Positions 23,800 through 24,733 of a stretch of 24,733 nucleotides of DNA are shown here, piece after piece; position 1 is the first letter of the stretch; each line of letters starts with the position of its first letter. Origin of the DNA: Candidatus Latescibacterota bacterium (GTDB lineage: Bacteria; Latescibacterota; UBA2968; UBA8231); the NCBI GenBank assembly GCA_965205655.1, contig CBDBIJ010000146.1, positions 1-24,733 on the forward strand. The letters are read 5' to 3'. The notes beneath the pieces were generated by a model that had not been told where the DNA came from, did no database searches, and saw only the letters and a list, made by a program, of their open reading frames with translations. A program made the position numbers and the translations under genes.

Positions 23800-24733
23800 A
23801 TGAAACGATTGCGCTTTTTCCTGCTGGGTGCAGCGCTGGCGCTGCCTTTCGCAGGCGGGGTATTTGGTGCGCCGTACAATGCGGGTCCAAACTGGACCTT
23901 AGCCAGTGGTGAAGCCGGAACCACGCCCCCGAATGCGACCACCGCGTTCCGCGCGGCCGGCGGACCCAATGGCGAGTCCTGCGTAGAGACGAGCGCCTGC
24001 TGGACCCTGCCGACGCGTTCCGGCGCTGCGAACATCGACCCGATGGACGTCACCATCGGCTTCGTGTCCTGGAGCGGCGGCTCGGTTGACATTCCCATCG
24101 AGCTCGATCAGCGCGGCCGCGTCTGGGTCATCATCTACGAAGCGAATGCTCCAGCTGGCATTGGCGGTCGAAACGGTGCCATCGATCGAAGGCAGGCTGG
24201 GCCCAAGCACGTGGCCACGACAGCCATGGTGATCCTCGAAGCTGGCAGCTCGACGATCACCTGGGATGGCAACAGGGCAGACGGCACTGCGGCCCCTGCG
24301 GGCAACTACATCTACGATGTGATGGCCCTCAATGACCTCGACGACCACGTCCTGGTCGGCCCGGGTCAGTCCTGGGCGTGGGGTGCCAGCTCGATCGATT
24401 ATCGCCTGGGCGAAGTGTGGGCGCCGTTCAAAGAAACACCGCCAGACCAGGTCTACTGGGGCGACATGACAAACGACTTCGTCGAGAACCCGACGGCTTA
24501 CGAGACCTATCAGATCACGGCCTTCGGTCCCGACGAGCCTCGGAACTATTCCGGCAATCAGCTCGACGATGAGAACTCGGACATCCACTGGACCAGCCGC
24601 AGTGACGACAATGAGGAGCTGGGCACGGTTGCCGGTATCCTCAAGCTGAACGTCAATCGTGCGAGCCTCACGCTCGATTGGGACGAGGGTTATGCCGACG
24701 CCGGCGTCGCCCCGGGAGTTCAGGGAGGCATCT
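23800..24733 (+). CDS. Secreted hypothetical protein with a FlgD-Ig-like segment (3' end runs off the window edge)
   Basis: Not in the ORF track. AGGAGG lies 8 nt before ATG 23800. Translation MKRLRFFLLGAALALPFAGGVFG-APYNAGPNW... is open to the window end and contains ITWDGNRADGTAAPAGNYIYDV, a FlgD-Ig-like motif. Confidence 0.85.
   Translation, partial: MKRLRFFLLGAALALPFAGGVFGAPYNAGPNWTLASGEAGTTPPNATTAFRAAGGPNGESCVETSACWTLPTRSGAANIDPMDVTIGFVSWSGGSVDIPIELDQRGRVWVIIYEANAPAGIGGRNGAIDRRQAGPKHVATTAMVILEAGSSTITWDGNRADGTAAPAGNYIYDVMALNDLDDHVLVGPGQSWAWGASSIDYRLGEVWAPFKETPPDQVYWGDMTNDFVENPTAYETYQITAFGPDEPRNYSGNQLDDENSDIHWTSRSDDNEELGTVAGILKLNVNRASLTLDWDEGYADAGVAPGVQGGI

Noticed and set aside
23685..24588. 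Minus-strand ORFs 23685-24098 and 23899-24588
   Set aside because: They are antisense to the plus-strand gene at 23800, which has a promoter, strong RBS and signal peptide.

Overview
GC-rich bacterial DNA made up almost entirely of cell-envelope genes. The gene families resemble those of uncultured FCB-superphylum bacteria such as Latescibacterota (inference only). On the minus strand at the left edge is an exbB-exbD-exbD (MotA/TolQ/ExbB plus two TolR/ExbD) proton-motor cluster. Diverging from it is a tightly packed plus-strand operon of about 20.6 kb and 10 genes (1669-22324). In order it encodes: a ~1085-aa periplasmic TPR protein broken by six +1 homopolymer frameshifts (probably sequencing errors); a membrane-anchored DUF4159 protein; a lipoprotein with a TonB-C-like (AgmX/PglI-type) C-terminus; a discoidin/FlgD-CHU_C-type secreted protein; a ~1000-aa Asp-rich putative outer-membrane beta-barrel; a small lipoprotein; a paralogue of the discoidin protein; two more paralogues of the large barrel-like protein; and a CRTAC1/ASPIC-UnbV FG-GAP protein. 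A convergent TPR gene follows. A further secreted protein absent from the ORF track starts at 23800, behind a sigma70-like promoter. The main candidate discovery is the whole locus as an uncharacterised ExbBD/TonB-energised trans-envelope machine built around a family of three large paralogous proteins that I cannot assign to a known family. No RNA genes, CRISPR arrays or mobile elements were seen.
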